Shown here in pieces: positions 1 through 10,422 of a stretch of 64,000 nt of DNA (position 1 is its first letter; each line of letters opens with the position of its first letter). The stretch is from Deltaproteobacteria bacterium (lineage in GTDB: Bacteria; Desulfobacterota; Syntrophia; Syntrophales; UBA2210), in contig JAFGBH010000005.1 of NCBI GenBank assembly GCA_016933215.1, positions 3,779-67,778 of the forward strand, in the 5' to 3' direction. The translations under genes and the position numbers were made by a program. Below the pieces are notes generated by a model, which worked only from the letters and a program-made list of their open reading frames with translations, was not told the DNA's origin and searched no databases.

Positions 1-925
1 CAATCAGGTTGGCACTGAGAGAATTGCCGCCCACCAGCAGATATATCCATTTGTCAGGTATCAGTGCCGGATGACCGGGACGTCCCAGTAGAAATCCTGC
101 CACAAGAACGCCGGCGAAAAGGAGGGGAAAAATCTGCTTCATAAAGCCCCAGGTGGAATCCACCCATTCAACCAGTTCATCACGGGAAAACCATGACTTC
201 AGCATGATTACAAGAATGCCAAGCAATAGTGCCGTTACGAGCCACTTTGTCTTGTAGAGCATAATCCAGACCGTCGAGGCCTCGGGGGCGGGTCTCGCGA
301 AGGCGGCAAAGATAAGGATGAGGACCATGGTCAGCATATATAACCCCTCCTTCGTAAGGGAACGAGTCGAGTCCTCTTCCTGGGGGAGAAATACTTGTCC
401 CGGCGACCGTGCTGCATCATCCTTGCGAAATATGAAGGCCATGAGAAGCCCCGTGATAATAGCGAAGACGATTGCTCCGACAGCCCGGGCCACACCTAAT
501 TGCCACCCGAGAACCTTGGCCGTTAGAATTATCGCTAAGATATTGATCGCCGGTCCCGAGTAAAGAAAGGCCGTTGCCGGTCCGATTCCAGCCCCTCGTA
601 TGTAGATTCCTGCAAAGAGGGGAAGGACCGTACAGGAGCAGACAGCGAGAATCGATCCGGAGACGGACGCAACGGAATAGGAGAGAATTCTTCGGGCCTC
701 TGAGCCGAAATACTTCAGTACCGATGCCTGTGAAACAAAAACGGCGATGGCCCCGGCAATAAAAAAGGCCGGTATGAGACAGGTCAGAACATGCTTTTTT
801 GCGTATTCCTGGAGCATGAGGAATGCCTCCAGGCCGGAGCGCCGAATTACCTGGTCGTCCCAGGGCATGAAATAGGCAGCGATAAATGCCGCAATAATAA
901 TAAGAAGCTTTGTTCTTTCCTTCAT
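1..925 (-). CDS. PF03773/COG0701 permease (ArsP-like metalloid/organoarsenical efflux permease), C-terminus cut by window edge
   Basis: Own translation of the minus strand from ATG at 925-923: MKERTKLLIIIAAFIAAYFMPWDDQVIRRSGLEAFLMLQEYAKKHVLTCLIPAFFIAGAIAVFVSQASVLKYFG...SILAVCSCTVLPLFAGIYIRGAGIGPATAFLYSGPAINILAI... It is a polytopic membrane protein with a vicinal CxC pair, as in ArsP-type permeases, and lies downstream of arsR. It runs off the window, so it is absent from the ORF track. Confidence 0.7.
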   Translation of the reverse strand, partial: MKERTKLLIIIAAFIAAYFMPWDDQVIRRSGLEAFLMLQEYAKKHVLTCLIPAFFIAGAIAVFVSQASVLKYFGSEARRILSYSVASVSGSILAVCSCTVLPLFAGIYIRGAGIGPATAFLYSGPAINILAIILTAKVLGWQLGVARAVGAIVFAIITGLLMAFIFRKDDAARSPGQVFLPQEEDSTRSLTKEGLYMLTMVLILIFAAFARPAPEASTVWIMLYKTKWLVTALLLGILVIMLKSWFSRDELVEWVDSTWGFMKQIFPLLFAGVLVAGFLLGRPGHPALIPDKWIYLLVGGNSLSANLI

Positions 926-941
926 TTCCTCATCCCGTAAT

Positions 942-1062
942 GAACTGAACAGCGAGCGTATTCCCCGCTGCTCGTGGCGGGGTTAGCGAGCGAATAAAAA
1001 ATATATCTTTCCTTAACAGTGAAGATTTCCCGCAACTTGTTGCGGAGAGCTTCAATAATTGG
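942..1062 (-). repeat. Dispersed intergenic repeat, long form, copy A1 (between arsR and the permease gene)
   Basis: Aligns by eye with 8950-9086 and 24810-24972. Left block: gaactgaacagcgagcgtATTCCCCGC...GCGGGGtta...gaataaaaaa. Right block: gaagatttCCCGCAActtgTTGCGGagagcttcaataattgg. Strand is given relative to the consensus 5'-TGAAGCTCCCCG...GGTCAAT-3'. Confidence 0.7.
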
Positions 1063-1111
1063 TCGGAATAGAGCATCCTCTCTGCAGCGGAGCACCCCAT
1101 TGATCGGAAAA

Positions 1112-1456
1112 TTATTTCCTGCAGATTTTTGCACGATCGATCTCGGGCAGTTTCTCGACGAGTGTTCTGACCTCGCTTTCTTCATTGAGCCACTTCTTTA
1201 AATTTCCGAGCATCCTCTTCGCGTAGTCATTTCTTTTTCCATCGGCAAGCATATAGTTTACCCACAATCCATCTTTTTGATATGCGACGAGGCCCGCCTC
1301 TTCGAGTACTTTGAGATGCTTCGAGACAGTCGGCTGGGCAAGTCCGAGGGCGCATTCGAGTTCACAGACACACATCGAATCCCGCTCCAGCATTTTAAGA
1401 ATCTTTACACGGCTGGGATCGGATAATGCCTTCATGACTTTTACAAATTCTCTCAT
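1112..1456 (-). CDS. arsR: ArsR/SmtB-family metalloregulator
   Basis: 114 aa. Winged-helix signature SDPSRVKILKML...SMCVCELECALGLAQPTVSKHLKVLEEAGLV includes the CVC cysteine pair used for As(III) sensing in ArsR. Upstream of an ArsP-like permease. Confidence 0.85.
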   Translation of the reverse strand: MREFVKVMKALSDPSRVKILKMLERDSMCVCELECALGLAQPTVSKHLKVLEEAGLVAYQKDGLWVNYMLADGKRNDYAKRMLGNLKKWLNEESEVRTLVEKLPEIDRAKICRK

Positions 1457-1479
1457 GATACCCCCTTAAGTATATTTAT

Positions 1480-1499
1480 AAATAGCAATATAGCTATTT
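1480..1499. promoter_or_regulatory. Candidate ArsR operator (inverted repeat aaatagc-N6-gctattt)
   Basis: 7-nt perfect arms about 24 nt upstream of the arsR start codon. ArsR/SmtB repressors bind inverted repeats over their own promoters. The call is positional inference only. Confidence 0.35.
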
Positions 1500-1862
1500 T
1501 TACCTCCATGTCAAGTTTAATGTAAGGGTCAATAGAGTTTTCCTGGAAAAAGTACTGTGTTTCTGGGAGAATATTAATGGGCCTGTATAAAAAAATAGTT
1601 TCTGATATTGCCTCTATGAAATGCTGAGGAGTGGGAACGGTTGCTCCTTTTTCTAGTGAGAAAATTACGTTGTTTCCTTATCCAGCTGACGTGACAACTC
1701 TTTTCTCGCCCCGGAGACGGGGGGAGCGGGGCTCATTCATCCTTCACGTTTTAAATATTAAAATTGCAACTTTCTAAATTAAGGAAGTGGAGGGTTGCCC
1801 TTATAATAGCGTACTCTGTATAAGAGTGCAGGGCTGTTTTTAAGAATAGTGTGGTGGAGTGC

Positions 1863-2480
1863 ATGAAGGAAAAGATTTTGACCTATGCAGCAAAATATCG
1901 AACTGCCGTATCTCGGTTCGCGGCAGTTATATTGGTTGGAATTTTATTGATCAGCCACCATTCATTCAGTCAGAAGGGCATCTACGATCTGTTTTTTGAA
2001 ATAAGCGGAATCTTTCTGATCGGCCTCTGTGTATTGGGAAGATTGTGGACTTCGGTATATATTTCCGGACATAAAACGCATAGATTAATTGTCGAGAGCC
2101 CCTACTCCGTAGTTAGGCATCCCCTTTATCTATTCAGTTTTATCGGTACTATCGGCGTTGGATTATTGACGGAAAACCTGTTAATCCTCGGTGTTCTGTT
2201 TTTACTCTTTGCCGGATACTATCCCCTGGTTATTTTAGCCGAAGAAGAGAAGTTGCTGAAGAAACATGGGGAAGAATATCTGAACTATATGAGGCGAGTG
2301 CCGAGATTTATTCCGAAATTATCATTGCTCGTTGAACCCTCTTCGTTTAACGTAAAAACGATGAAATACCGGAAGGCGTTTTTCGAAACCATTTGGTTCA
2401 TCTGGCTTTACATACCCCTCGAGATAATAGAACGATTGCATATTGAGGGGATTCTCCCCGTCCTCTTCAGGGTTCCCTAG
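1863..2480 (+). CDS. Isoprenylcysteine carboxyl methyltransferase / PEMT-like membrane methyltransferase family protein
   Basis: ORF track gives 1851..2480 (GTG); I prefer the ATG at 1863 (MKEKIL...). Several TM helices and the C-terminal region VVRHPLYLFSFIGTIGVGL...EEKLLKKHGEEYLNYMRRVPRFIP are typical of ICMT/PEMT-type enzymes. Confidence 0.7.
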   Translation: MKEKILTYAAKYRTAVSRFAAVILVGILLISHHSFSQKGIYDLFFEISGIFLIGLCVLGRLWTSVYISGHKTHRLIVESPYSVVRHPLYLFSFIGTIGVGLLTENLLILGVLFLLFAGYYPLVILAEEEKLLKKHGEEYLNYMRRVPRFIPKLSLLVEPSSFNVKTMKYRKAFFETIWFIWLYIPLEIIERLHIEGILPVLFRVP

Positions 2481-2583
2481 ACAGGAAGTACACAATCACG
2501 CTCGTCGTAAAGATAGCAAAGAAAGAACGAGGGCGAAAAACGCCCATCCAAAGCTCTTCGCATATTTCGATATTTCGAGGAAT

Positions 2584-2618
2584 AAAAAAACCCCGGCCGA
2601 AGGCCGGGGTCCTTTTAT
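2584..2618. terminator. Bidirectional rho-independent terminator
   Basis: Hairpin ccccggcc-gaa-ggccgggg (2591-2609) is flanked by an A-run upstream and tcctttta downstream. It reads as hairpin plus U-run on both strands, strongest on the minus strand (T8). Lies between convergent genes ending at 2480 (+) and 2647 (-). Confidence 0.75.
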
Positions 2619-2646
2619 AAAACAGGGAATGAACTGTCATTCCTGC

Positions 2647-3072
2647 TTAATCAGCTGCACCACTTCCAAGGGGAAGTGTTCCCCAGATGTCCTTATAGAT
2701 TTCATCCTGAATGTTGACATCCCATACCTTCTTATACTTTCCGTCCTTCATGACATAGAGCTCTTTTGCATTGATGCTGTTCAGGTTTTTCGTCATAGTC
2801 CCTTCGATCTTCACGCTTTCATTGATGTGCCGTGCCATGATCCCACGATCAAGATTCGGAACGAAGTAGAACACATTGGTAGCGCCTTCCGAGAGCAATA
2901 CGAATACGCTTTCAGCTGCGATCACGGGGTCTTCCTTGCCTACCGGGCATGTCTTGCCCTGGGTTACGCAGTTGAAGCCCTGGATCGAACCCGTGAAAGA
3001 GGCGCCGATTGCCATCGCCGGGATTAAAACAAACAGCATAACTAACATTATTGGTAACCACGATCTTTTCAT
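2647..3072 (-). CDS. Secreted hypothetical protein (signal peptide)
   Basis: 141 aa with an N-terminal signal-like segment MKRSWLPIMLVMLFVLIPAMAIGA. No domain recognised. Followed by a strong terminator. Confidence 0.6.
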   Translation of the reverse strand: MKRSWLPIMLVMLFVLIPAMAIGASFTGSIQGFNCVTQGKTCPVGKEDPVIAAESVFVLLSEGATNVFYFVPNLDRGIMARHINESVKIEGTMTKNLNSINAKELYVMKDGKYKKVWDVNIQDEIYKDIWGTLPLGSGAAD

Positions 3073-3873
3073 TTTCTACCCTCCTCTGATTGTTAAGTTA
3101 CTTCCGTTAATATTTGAACTTCACCCCTTAATTCTCCATTGGAATAGAGTGCACCACACCACCTGAAATCGTGAGCATTATCCGTCCTGCATCATTTAGA
3201 TAAAGGAGTCAGTAATATGAATGTGTCTTTGAGAGAAAAGTTTATGGAAATGTTGTCCTGCAGAAAATCGGAATATCGGGTGTCATGATCGTTTGATCAT
3301 AAACACTGCAATTAGAAATTCCCATAATGTGAAATGAATGTGGAAAATGAAGACGCTGTTGAATAAGCAACCGTCCTTCTTTTCAGAAATCTTTCTCAAC
3401 CGAGGTATGTACAACGGTCTCTGTAAAAATGTGTTACTATCCAATATCGAATTATCTTCTTTAAAGAACCTGTATTCCTTAATTATTCATCCTTGTTACA
3501 TAGTATAAGCATAAAAAACGAGATGTCAATAAAATTATTGATAAAAATCAGTTAAATAGACCGAATCGAAGATATCGATAAATTGTGGAAAAGTAGTTAA
3601 AATCATAATTATAACAATTGGTTATGTCTGTAAATAAGACCCTTTTTCGAAGGTAATCTTCGCTGGTCACAAGGTAACTTTTTTAAACAACGAGAAGGCA
3701 GCTTTCATTCTTAAATATACGGAAATTGTTTTATGGGTACGGTAATTTTTGCAATAAACAGTTTGACATGAGGGCATTTTATATTATTTAATCCAAGTGC
3801 TTTATGTCACGGGGAAAATCCAGAATCATTTAATCTATTCTTCAATAGCAATAAGGTCTCTCAGGAAGGTATC

Positions 3874-6540
3874 ATGAATCGGTATATTAATTTTGTGCTA
3901 CATCATCCGATAGCTGTTTTGATTTTCCTTGCCCTTGCGACGGTGGTATTGACACCGGGAATGACAAGACTGGAGTTTGACAATTCCATCGAGTGTTTCA
4001 TGCCCCTGAATGACCCGGATTACATCTATTACAATTCGGTAAAAGACCTGCACGGTGACAACGGCAGGTTTGTGATCATGGCGATTTCAGGTGAAGACCT
4101 CTGGAGCCCGGAAATATTTCAAAAGATTAATGAGCTTCTTGTGGATCTTGAAGAATACGAGGAGTTTGACGGCGAACGTGAAGCTCGCAGAGTGGTGAGA
4201 TTCGAAAAACTACTATCGGGAGGTGATGTACAATTCAAGGAAATGCTCTCCGTCTTTGATGATGATCTTGGGTTCGCACGGTTTCTCCGGCGAAAGGTTG
4301 AAAAACTCTTTGGTACCATTGATTATTTAGATGAGGATCATCTGAAAAGACTTAAAAAAGAAATAGTAAAGGCCCGTGACTTTAAAAAGCTCGAATTGAT
4401 CGACGATATCATCTCCCCCTTAACGGCAAAAGATATATCGGGAGAAAACGATATCCTCGAAACCTATGACCTTATCGAGAAGGACAACGAAGGAAGGCGA
4501 ATTCTTCCCGCGACGAGAGAAGAATTCCATGACTTTAGACAAAAACTCGAGAGAAACCCGGCCTTTGAGGAAGGGATTTATGCGCGAGACGGGGAGAGTG
4601 GAAAAATAACCGATTTCGCCGTCATCATCAAGTTTGTCAATATGCTGGATCAGGACCCCATTGTCAGAGAGGTGAAGGAGATCATTGCAAGCCACGATGG
4701 TCTGGACATTACCATTACCGGTGTGCCCGTTGTCAATATCTCCATGCACACCTATATGCAGAGTGATATGTTCATGCTGACGCCGATTGTTTTGCTTGTC
4801 GTCATAATCGTATTCTATTTCAATTTCAGATCGGTGCGGGGTGTCATACTCCCCTTTTTCACCCTCGGCATGGCCGAACTCTGGCTCTTCGGACTTATGG
4901 GTTATTGCGGATATAAGATTACACCGCTTGGCATTTCCCTTCCACCCCTCATGATAGCCGTGGGGAGTTCCTATTCGATTCACATTCTCAATCAGTATTA
5001 TGCCGATTTCGATATGATCAGCAAAGAGGGAAAGATGAAGGGACTGCTTCACTCCATGTCCCACATATCCTTGACAGTACTTCTCGCAGGCCTCACCACC
5101 TTTATCGCCTTTATAACGCTTACGACGAGTCGAATAGCTGCCGTGAGGGAATGGGGTTTTCTCTCCGCCGTCGGGGTCGTCTTTGCCGTCGTGATATCAA
5201 GTTCGTTGATACCATCATGTCTCACGATCATGCCTCACAAAACACCTTCTCTTTTACTCGGAAAAGACAAGGTGCCCAAAAAAACTATTGTTGACAGAAT
5301 CGTTCTCCTCTTTACAAAAGGGGCCATTATTCACCATCGCAAGGTATTGGCGGTGGTCATTCTGCTTTTGGGGATATCCCTGGTTGGAATATCAAAACTC
5401 GAAGTGGAGACAACCTTCCTGAGCTATTTTAAGGATAATGATCCGGTCAGAAAAGACGGTTCTTTTGTCGGTGAAAAATTCGGGGGCGGTGTGGGCTTTA
5501 ATATTCTCATCGATACGGGAGAGGTCGACGGCGTGAAGAGCCCTCAGTTTCTTGCCATGGTTGAAGACCTGAGGGCGTGGCTGGTAACCGATGAGAATGA
5601 TGATCTGAATATAGGGAGAACCGATTCATTTACGGACCTGATCAAGACCATGCATATGGCAATGAATAATGATGATCGTGCCATGTTTAAGATACCAGAG
5701 GCTAAGAGCGATATCGTCGACTACCTGGAAATTTACTCAGGCGATGATGACGATTCTGACGGGAGGTTTGACGAATTTGAACCCTTTGTGGATTTCGATT
5801 TCAGAACGCTGAATCTCCTGACCCGTATGCACGGGAAACGGGACCTTCTTCTCGGAACGGCCGTGACGAAGCATACGGTGAAATCCATATCGGATTATAT
5901 GGATAAACATTTGCCCGATTCATACTCTTACAGGATTACGGGTTTTCCGACGATGGAGATAAAACTGGTCAATTATGTGATTACGGGCCAATTACAGAGC
6001 CTCCTCTATTCCCTGATTGTTGTCGGCATTATCGTTGCCCTCCTTTTCAATCGTTTGAAAGTAGGTCCCCTGGCGCTCATTCCGATGAGCGTCGCCGTTA
6101 TTATCAACTTTGGCATCATGGGATGGTTCGGTGTTAAGCTCGACATGGCGACATCGATTATTGCCGCAGTCACTATCGGTATCGGCGTGGACGATACCAT
6201 CCATTTCCTGAATACCTTCAGACACAACAGGGTAAGGGGCTACAGCATCGATGAGACAATCGCCCGGACCTCTGCCGTTTCGGGAAAGGCCATCGTCTTT
6301 ACCTCACTGGCGCTCATATTGGGCCATCTGGTCCTGGTTGTATCGAACTTCATTCCTGTGATATTATTCGGTATCCTGATGGCGGGTACAATGATTGCCA
6401 CAACCATAGGAGCGCTTCTAATACTCCCCTCGGTGATCAAATGTACCGCAATTGATCTCAGCATATACGAGCCAAAAACGGCGGTGGGAAAATATTTGAA
6501 CATAGGGAGGATCTTCGGTCTCGAGCAGGAGGAGCAGTAG
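3874..6540 (+). CDS. MMPL/RND-superfamily exporter (HpnN-like predicted lipid exporter)
   Basis: 888 aa. Two multi-TM bundles each preceded by a large soluble loop, and the motif IGIGVDDTIHFLNTF typical of the MMPL (PF03176) family. Confidence 0.8.
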   Translation: MNRYINFVLHHPIAVLIFLALATVVLTPGMTRLEFDNSIECFMPLNDPDYIYYNSVKDLHGDNGRFVIMAISGEDLWSPEIFQKINELLVDLEEYEEFDGEREARRVVRFEKLLSGGDVQFKEMLSVFDDDLGFARFLRRKVEKLFGTIDYLDEDHLKRLKKEIVKARDFKKLELIDDIISPLTAKDISGENDILETYDLIEKDNEGRRILPATREEFHDFRQKLERNPAFEEGIYARDGESGKITDFAVIIKFVNMLDQDPIVREVKEIIASHDGLDITITGVPVVNISMHTYMQSDMFMLTPIVLLVVIIVFYFNFRSVRGVILPFFTLGMAELWLFGLMGYCGYKITPLGISLPPLMIAVGSSYSIHILNQYYADFDMISKEGKMKGLLHSMSHISLTVLLAGLTTFIAFITLTTSRIAAVREWGFLSAVGVVFAVVISSSLIPSCLTIMPHKTPSLLLGKDKVPKKTIVDRIVLLFTKGAIIHHRKVLAVVILLLGISLVGISKLEVETTFLSYFKDNDPVRKDGSFVGEKFGGGVGFNILIDTGEVDGVKSPQFLAMVEDLRAWLVTDENDDLNIGRTDSFTDLIKTMHMAMNNDDRAMFKIPEAKSDIVDYLEIYSGDDDDSDGRFDEFEPFVDFDFRTLNLLTRMHGKRDLLLGTAVTKHTVKSISDYMDKHLPDSYSYRITGFPTMEIKLVNYVITGQLQSLLYSLIVVGIIVALLFNRLKVGPLALIPMSVAVIINFGIMGWFGVKLDMATSIIAAVTIGIGVDDTIHFLNTFRHNRVRGYSIDETIARTSAVSGKAIVFTSLALILGHLVLVVSNFIPVILFGILMAGTMIATTIGALLILPSVIKCTAIDLSIYEPKTAVGKYLNIGRIFGLEQEEQ

Positions 6541-6771
6541 AGGAAAACTGTTCCCTTTTTGCCACTCCGTTTTGGCGAGACATCTCTCTAAAAAAGAATC
6601 ACTATATGTTGACGCCGCAGGTGAGAAAATGTAGTAAATTCAAATTGCTATTCTTACAATGTTCGATTATAATGATATACCATAATCGACTGCCTATTCA
6701 AAAAACTTCCTCAGGAAACAAGCTCTCTCGGACATCACTCGAAACGTAAACATTTCAGCTGCCTCAAAAGT

Positions 6772-8877
6772 ATGCGGAAGACGATGAAAGAGAAACCATC
6801 CCCCAATCGGCTGATACATGAAAAAAGTCCCTATCTGCAGCAGCATGCCTATAATCCCGTCGAATGGTACCCCTGGGGGGAAGAGGCATTCGAGAGGGCC
6901 ACGAGAGAAAATAAACCTGTTTTTCTTTCCATCGGGTATTCAACCTGTCACTGGTGTCATGTGATGGCCCATGAATCGTTCGAAAATCGCGATGTCGCCC
7001 GGCTAATGAATGACTATTTTGTCAATGTTAAGGTGGACCGCGAAGAGCGTACCGATATTGATAAGATATACATGACGGTCTCACAGATAATGACGGGGAG
7101 CGGGGGATGGCCCCTCACTATAATCATGACCCCCGATAAGAAGCCTTTTTTCGCCGGGACCTATATCCCACGGGAAAATCGCTTCGGCAGACCCGGCATG
7201 ATGGAACTTCTTCCAAGAATCAACGAGATCTGGAAAACTCGAAAAAATGAGGTAATCGAGAGTGCCGGCCGGATTGTGACAGAGCTCAAATCGAGGTCAG
7301 GGGATCTTGAAAAGGGAACACCGGAAAAGAGCATCCTCGTTTCGGCCTACGATCAGCTGGAGGGACTCTTTGATAATGTAAATGGCGGTTTCGGTGGTGC
7401 ACCCAAATTTCCCTCTCCCCAGAATCTGGTTTTTCTTCTCCGCTACTGGAAGAGAAGCGGGAACGCACATGCTCTTCACATGGTGGAAAAAACCCTTCAG
7501 GCAATGCGGCGGGGCGGAATATACGATCATGTGGGATTCGGGTTTCACCGGTATTCCGTCGATGAGAAATGGTTTCTGCCCCACTTTGAAAAAATGCTCT
7601 ACGATCAGGCAATGCTCTCCTTTGTCTATAGCGAGGCATATCAGGCAACGGGCAGGAAAGAGTATGAAAAGACAGCACGTGAGGTCTTCAGCTACGTACT
7701 GGACCACATGACCGCTCCCACAGGAGGGTTCTACTCTGCCGAGGATGCGGACAGCGAGGGAGAGGAGGGGAAATTCTACCTCTGGACGAAGGAAGAGATG
7801 GAGGGTGTTCTGGATACAAAAGAAGCGGCGATTATTATCGATCGCTTCGGCCTGGAAGGGAGTGGTAATTTTCAGGAGGAGGGGAGAGGCGGAAAAACGG
7901 GCAGGAACATACTTTCTTTGCAAGAGGAACCATCCCGGCCTGCCGGTCGTTATGGCCTGTCGGAAAGAGAGCGTGACGAAGCGGTAGAGAGGGCACGGAG
8001 AAAATTATATGACCTAAGGAAGAAACGGGTCCATCCACTGAAGGATGAGAAGATACTCACCGACTGGAATGGACTTATGATTGCCGCTCTTGCAAAAGGG
8101 GGACAGGTTTTCGATGAGACAGGCTATATCAAAGCGGCGGAGAGGGGGACAGAATGTATCCTGAGCAATATGATGAGAGGCGATGGCCGGCTGCTCCATT
8201 GTTTCAAGGGTAATGAGTCGGGAATAGCGGCGAATCTGGATGACTATGCCTTTCTGATATGGGGATTGATCGAGCTCTTCGAGTCAAACTTCAAGGTGGA
8301 ATATTTAAGAACGGCCCTTGCTCTCACCGATGATCTCATCAAATATTTCTGGGATGAAAAGGAAGGAGGATTCTACTATACCCCTTCTGATGGCGAAAAT
8401 CTCCTCGTACGTCAAAAGGAGATCTACGGAGGAGCGATCCCCTCGGGTAATTCAATTGCCATGTGGAATATGATCCGCCTCAGCCAGTTGTCGTCGAGGT
8501 CCGAATTGCTGGACAAGGCGTATGAGACAGGGGCTGCTTTTTTTACAACAGTGAGACAATCGCCGGCAGCCTATGCAGAGCTTATGGTGGCCTATGACCT
8601 TGCCTTTGGCCCATCCTATGAAGTGGTTGTAGCCGGCATCCCGAAAGCCAGAGATACCGAGTCGATGATAGGGGCCCTGCGGACTCATTTTTTACCACAC
8701 GTAGCAGTTATTGTGAGGCCGACCAACCAAGAACAGCCGGAGATTACAGAGATCGCCGAATTTACCAGAGATCATCAGACAATTGCGGGAAAGACGGCAG
8801 CCTATGTGTGCATGAACGGCGCCTGCAGATTGCCCACCACTGACATACCGGTCATGCTGGATTTCCTTGCCCGGTAG
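6772..8877 (+). CDS. Thioredoxin-domain protein, DUF255 family (YyaL/SPATA20-like)
   Basis: 701 aa. The N-terminus [29 protein letters not shown]...[16 protein letters not shown] is the hallmark of DUF255 proteins. An alternative start is the ATG at 6784. Confidence 0.9.
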   Translation: MRKTMKEKPSPNRLIHEKSPYLQQHAYNPVEWYPWGEEAFERATRENKPVFLSIGYSTCHWCHVMAHESFENRDVARLMNDYFVNVKVDREERTDIDKIYMTVSQIMTGSGGWPLTIIMTPDKKPFFAGTYIPRENRFGRPGMMELLPRINEIWKTRKNEVIESAGRIVTELKSRSGDLEKGTPEKSILVSAYDQLEGLFDNVNGGFGGAPKFPSPQNLVFLLRYWKRSGNAHALHMVEKTLQAMRRGGIYDHVGFGFHRYSVDEKWFLPHFEKMLYDQAMLSFVYSEAYQATGRKEYEKTAREVFSYVLDHMTAPTGGFYSAEDADSEGEEGKFYLWTKEEMEGVLDTKEAAIIIDRFGLEGSGNFQEEGRGGKTGRNILSLQEEPSRPAGRYGLSERERDEAVERARRKLYDLRKKRVHPLKDEKILTDWNGLMIAALAKGGQVFDETGYIKAAERGTECILSNMMRGDGRLLHCFKGNESGIAANLDDYAFLIWGLIELFESNFKVEYLRTALALTDDLIKYFWDEKEGGFYYTPSDGENLLVRQKEIYGGAIPSGNSIAMWNMIRLSQLSSRSELLDKAYETGAAFFTTVRQSPAAYAELMVAYDLAFGPSYEVVVAGIPKARDTESMIGALRTHFLPHVAVIVRPTNQEQPEITEIAEFTRDHQTIAGKTAAYVCMNGACRLPTTDIPVMLDFLAR

Positions 8878-8949
8878 AACTACGTTCCTTTCTCTTTGCC
8901 AATAAAGGCATTTATTGTTAGAATGAGGCATTATTGAGGGGTTTCAATC

Positions 8950-9086
8950 GAACTGAGCAGCGAAGGTATTCCCCGTTGCGTCCAGTTGGGAATGCGGGGA
9001 ATAAAAAACAAATTTTTGTACCATTCGGAGATTTTGAGCAACTTGTCGGAGTTATACGGGATTGCTGGTAGCTTCAATGGCAATGG
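8950..9086 (-). repeat. Dispersed intergenic repeat, long form, copy A2
   Basis: gaactgagcagcgaaggtATTCCCCGttgcgtccagttgggaatgCGGGGAATaaaaaa ... tcggagattttgagcaacttgtcggagttatacgggattgctggtagcttcaatgg. Aligns with A1 and A3. Lies between the DUF255 gene and mscS. Confidence 0.7.
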
Positions 9087-9130
9087 GGGGCACTGATTAT
9101 AGAATCGAATAATGAACGGGGAGGTGAAGT

Positions 9131-9940
9131 ATGGAAGGTTTGATAGAGAAGGTACAGGAACTCGCTACATTATACGGGTTTAAGGTGATCGCTGCCATCG
9201 TAATTTTTGTCGTAGGTCGATGGATCGCGAAGTTAATTGAGAAATTAATTGTGAGAATTATGAACAACAGGAAAATAGATCCTGCCATCGTTTCCTTTAC
9301 GGAAAGTCTGACCTATATAGCGTTGATGGCGTTTATCGTCATAGCGGCTCTTGCCCAGCTCGGGATACAGACGACGTCGTTTATTGCGATCATCGGTGCC
9401 GCAGGCCTGGCAATCGGCTTGGCACTGCAGGGATCGCTGGCGAATTTCGCCGCTGGATTCCTCATGCTCATATTTAAACCCTTCAAAATTGGAGATTATA
9501 TCGACGGTGGCGGGGCCTCGGGTACCGTTGAGAAGATTCAGATCTTTACCACCCAGCTAAATACCGTGGACAATAAGGTAATTATCATTCCTAATTCAAG
9601 GATAATGGGTGACAATATCGTCAATTATTCCGCAAAGGATATGAGGCGGGTTGATATGCTCTTCGGGGTAAGCTACGGCGATGATCTGGACAAGGTGAAA
9701 AAGATATTAAAAGACATCATGGATGGTGATGAAAGAATACTCAAAGAGCCCGAGGTTATGATTGTCTTGAAAGCACTTGCCGACAGCAGCGTAAATTTTG
9801 AGGTGAGGGCGTGGGTAAAGACGGCGAATTACTGGGGGGTCTACTTTGACACCATGATTGCGGTAAAAAAGCGCTTCGATTCGGAAGGCGTAAGCATTCC
9901 CTTCCCCCAGACAGATGTTCACTTCTACGAACATAAGTGA
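9131..9940 (+). CDS. Small-conductance mechanosensitive channel (MscS family)
   Basis: 269 aa. Three N-terminal TM helices followed by the MscS beta-domain (GDYIDGGGASGTVEKIQIFTTQLNTVDNKVIIIPNSRIM). Confidence 0.9.
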   Translation: MEGLIEKVQELATLYGFKVIAAIVIFVVGRWIAKLIEKLIVRIMNNRKIDPAIVSFTESLTYIALMAFIVIAALAQLGIQTTSFIAIIGAAGLAIGLALQGSLANFAAGFLMLIFKPFKIGDYIDGGGASGTVEKIQIFTTQLNTVDNKVIIIPNSRIMGDNIVNYSAKDMRRVDMLFGVSYGDDLDKVKKILKDIMDGDERILKEPEVMIVLKALADSSVNFEVRAWVKTANYWGVYFDTMIAVKKRFDSEGVSIPFPQTDVHFYEHK

Positions 9941-10006
9941 GTCCTCCTCTAAAAGGTGTTCTCTTTCGAACATTGGGGAATAAGCGTATGCCGGGAAGGG
10001 CGTAAT

Positions 10007-10393
10007 ATGAAACTCGAGGAATATTTTGAGATCACAAAAGGAATAGGGGTCCTCGCAACGGCCGATTCGACGGGAGGTGTCAATGCCGCGGTCTATGCCC
10101 GCCCCCATTTTATGGCCGATGATGAGATCGCCTTCATTATGACCGATCGATTAACCCATAAAAACCTTCAATCAAATTCGAAGGCGGTCTATCTCTTTAA
10201 GGAATCGGGGGATGCCTACAAGGGAAAGAGGCTCTACTGTTCGAAAGTCAAGGAAGAAAAGGACAGTGATCTCATCAACAAATTGAGGAAGAGAAAACAT
10301 TCTTCCCCGACGAGCGGAGATGAAGGGGCGACGAGATATCTGGTCTATTTTCGTATCGATAGAGTGCTGCCGCTCATCGGGGACAGGGATTGA
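10007..10393 (+). CDS. Pyridoxamine 5'-phosphate oxidase-like FMN-binding family protein
   Basis: ORF track gives 9956..10393; the ATG at 10007 is preceded by GGGAAGGG. MKLEEYFEITKGIGVLATADSTGGVNAAVYARPHF...IAFIMTDRLTHKNL resembles split-barrel PNPOx-like proteins. Confidence 0.6.
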   Translation: MKLEEYFEITKGIGVLATADSTGGVNAAVYARPHFMADDEIAFIMTDRLTHKNLQSNSKAVYLFKESGDAYKGKRLYCSKVKEEKDSDLINKLRKRKHSSPTSGDEGATRYLVYFRIDRVLPLIGDRD

Positions 10394-10422
10394 TCTGACG
10401 CATACTGAGAGGCTATGAGGCC

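Noticed and set aside
11-30. TGGCAC...TTGCC resembling a sigma54 -24/-12 promoter
   Set aside because: The GG-to-GC spacing is 3 nt too long relative to TGGCAC-N5-TTGC, and the site lies inside the permease coding region.
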